Below are positions 63,434 to 64,000 of a stretch of DNA of 64,000 bases, piece by piece. The translations under genes and the position numbers were made by a program. The stretch spans positions 352,001 to 416,000 of the forward strand of contig CAWAGQ010000013.1 in the NCBI GenBank assembly GCA_963781585.1, given 5' to 3'. Source of the stretch: an uncultured Gemmatimonadaceae bacterium (lineage in GTDB: Bacteria > Gemmatimonadota > Gemmatimonadetes > Gemmatimonadales > Gemmatimonadaceae). Numbering within the stretch: the stretch's first letter is position 1; the number at the start of each line of letters is the position of its first letter. Below the pieces are notes generated by a model. It searched no databases and was not told where the DNA came from. It was given only the letters and a program-made list of their open reading frames with translations.

Positions 63434-64000
63434 TCACCGCCGCAACCAGATCAGCACGAATGAGCTTCCGGATACCTTGGCTCCGAGCGGGCGCAACGCC
63501 ATCCCCCTCATCGCGCGCTGGTCGAGAGGGACCGCACCAGGCATGAGCGGCGAGATCTCCATGTCGCTGCAGGGAGCAGCCCGCGGCCACAGGTCCTGCA
63601 GCTGCCGTCCCTGCCTGGTGCTCATGCCGTACACCTCGACCGCCTCCACGTCGCCAACCGAAAACGACCACAGCGGGAACCCTGGCACCGGACGCCCATC
63701 GACGAAGATGCAGGGACTGGACAGCAGAAACTGATCGTTCTTGATGAGCATCGAACGCGAACGGGCCATGTAGAGGGAGAGGTCTCCGCGCGGATTGGTC
63801 CCGAGCTCGGTGCGCGGCACGAGGTAGGTGTGCGCGCCCCCCTCGTGGACGCGCAGATCCATGTCCTTCCAGATGGCGGCGGCGTGCCTCGATGAACCCT
63901 CGCTCGAGGGAGACAAGAGAGCACTGAACTCGTATCCCTTGTTCCTGGCGACGCTGATCGACCAGGTCTTGTCGGCGAATCCCTCCCGCGACAGCCGGAC
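63434..64000 (-). CDS. C-terminal part of a protein with a carboxypeptidase-regulatory-like segment and a terminal TonB-plug-like domain; 5' end outside the window
   Basis: Frame open to the window end (VRLSREGFA...); CIFVDG, DVEAVEVY, FVLIWLR then stop, with no barrel. Confidence 0.6.
   Translation of the reverse strand, partial: VRLSREGFADKTWSISVARNKGYEFSALLSPSSEGSSRHAAAIWKDMDLRVHEGGAHTYLVPRTELGTNPRGDLSLYMARSRSMLIKNDQFLLSSPCIFVDGRPVPGFPLWSFSVGDVEAVEVYGMSTRQGRQLQDLWPRAAPCSDMEISPLMPGAVPLDQRAMRGMALRPLGAKVSGSSFVLIWLRR

Overview
A GC-rich (roughly 70%, estimated by eye), gene-dense bacterial window with about 44 coding regions. I recognised no rRNA, tRNA, CRISPR array, integrase or IS element. 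The gene content suggests Gemmatimonadota (inference): a SusC/SusD-like pair, three orphan duplicated MacB/FtsX-type (ADOP) permeases, VPS10/Asp-box propeller proteins, S9 and M28 peptidases with Gly/Arg-rich loops, and a barrel-less plug-like protein. Other loci are a 5'-truncated uvrA, cysE-cysK, NfeD-flotillin, an APC-USP/TM-helix/K+-channel cluster, a GT2-Gfo/Idh/MocA-GT2 cassette, a Vat-like acetyltransferase and a Zn/Mn-type ABC ATPase+permease. The strongest new signal is a ~160-nt 5' leader (16463-16624) with mutually exclusive pairings that hide or expose the Shine-Dalgarno and AUG, plus a perfect 7-bp loop-loop complementarity. It precedes a gene for a basic-N-terminus/DUF4287-like/SRPBCC-like protein and is a candidate translational switch or autoregulatory RNA-protein system. 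Other leads: RGG-type inserts in five exported proteins; an ADOP permease coupled to a CGNR/ABATE regulator with its own palindrome; a His/Met-rich lipoprotein where the metal-binding protein of the ABC system should be; a likely CUG start codon; a +1 frameshift in a VPS10 gene. All family assignments come from motif recognition by eye, not database searches.
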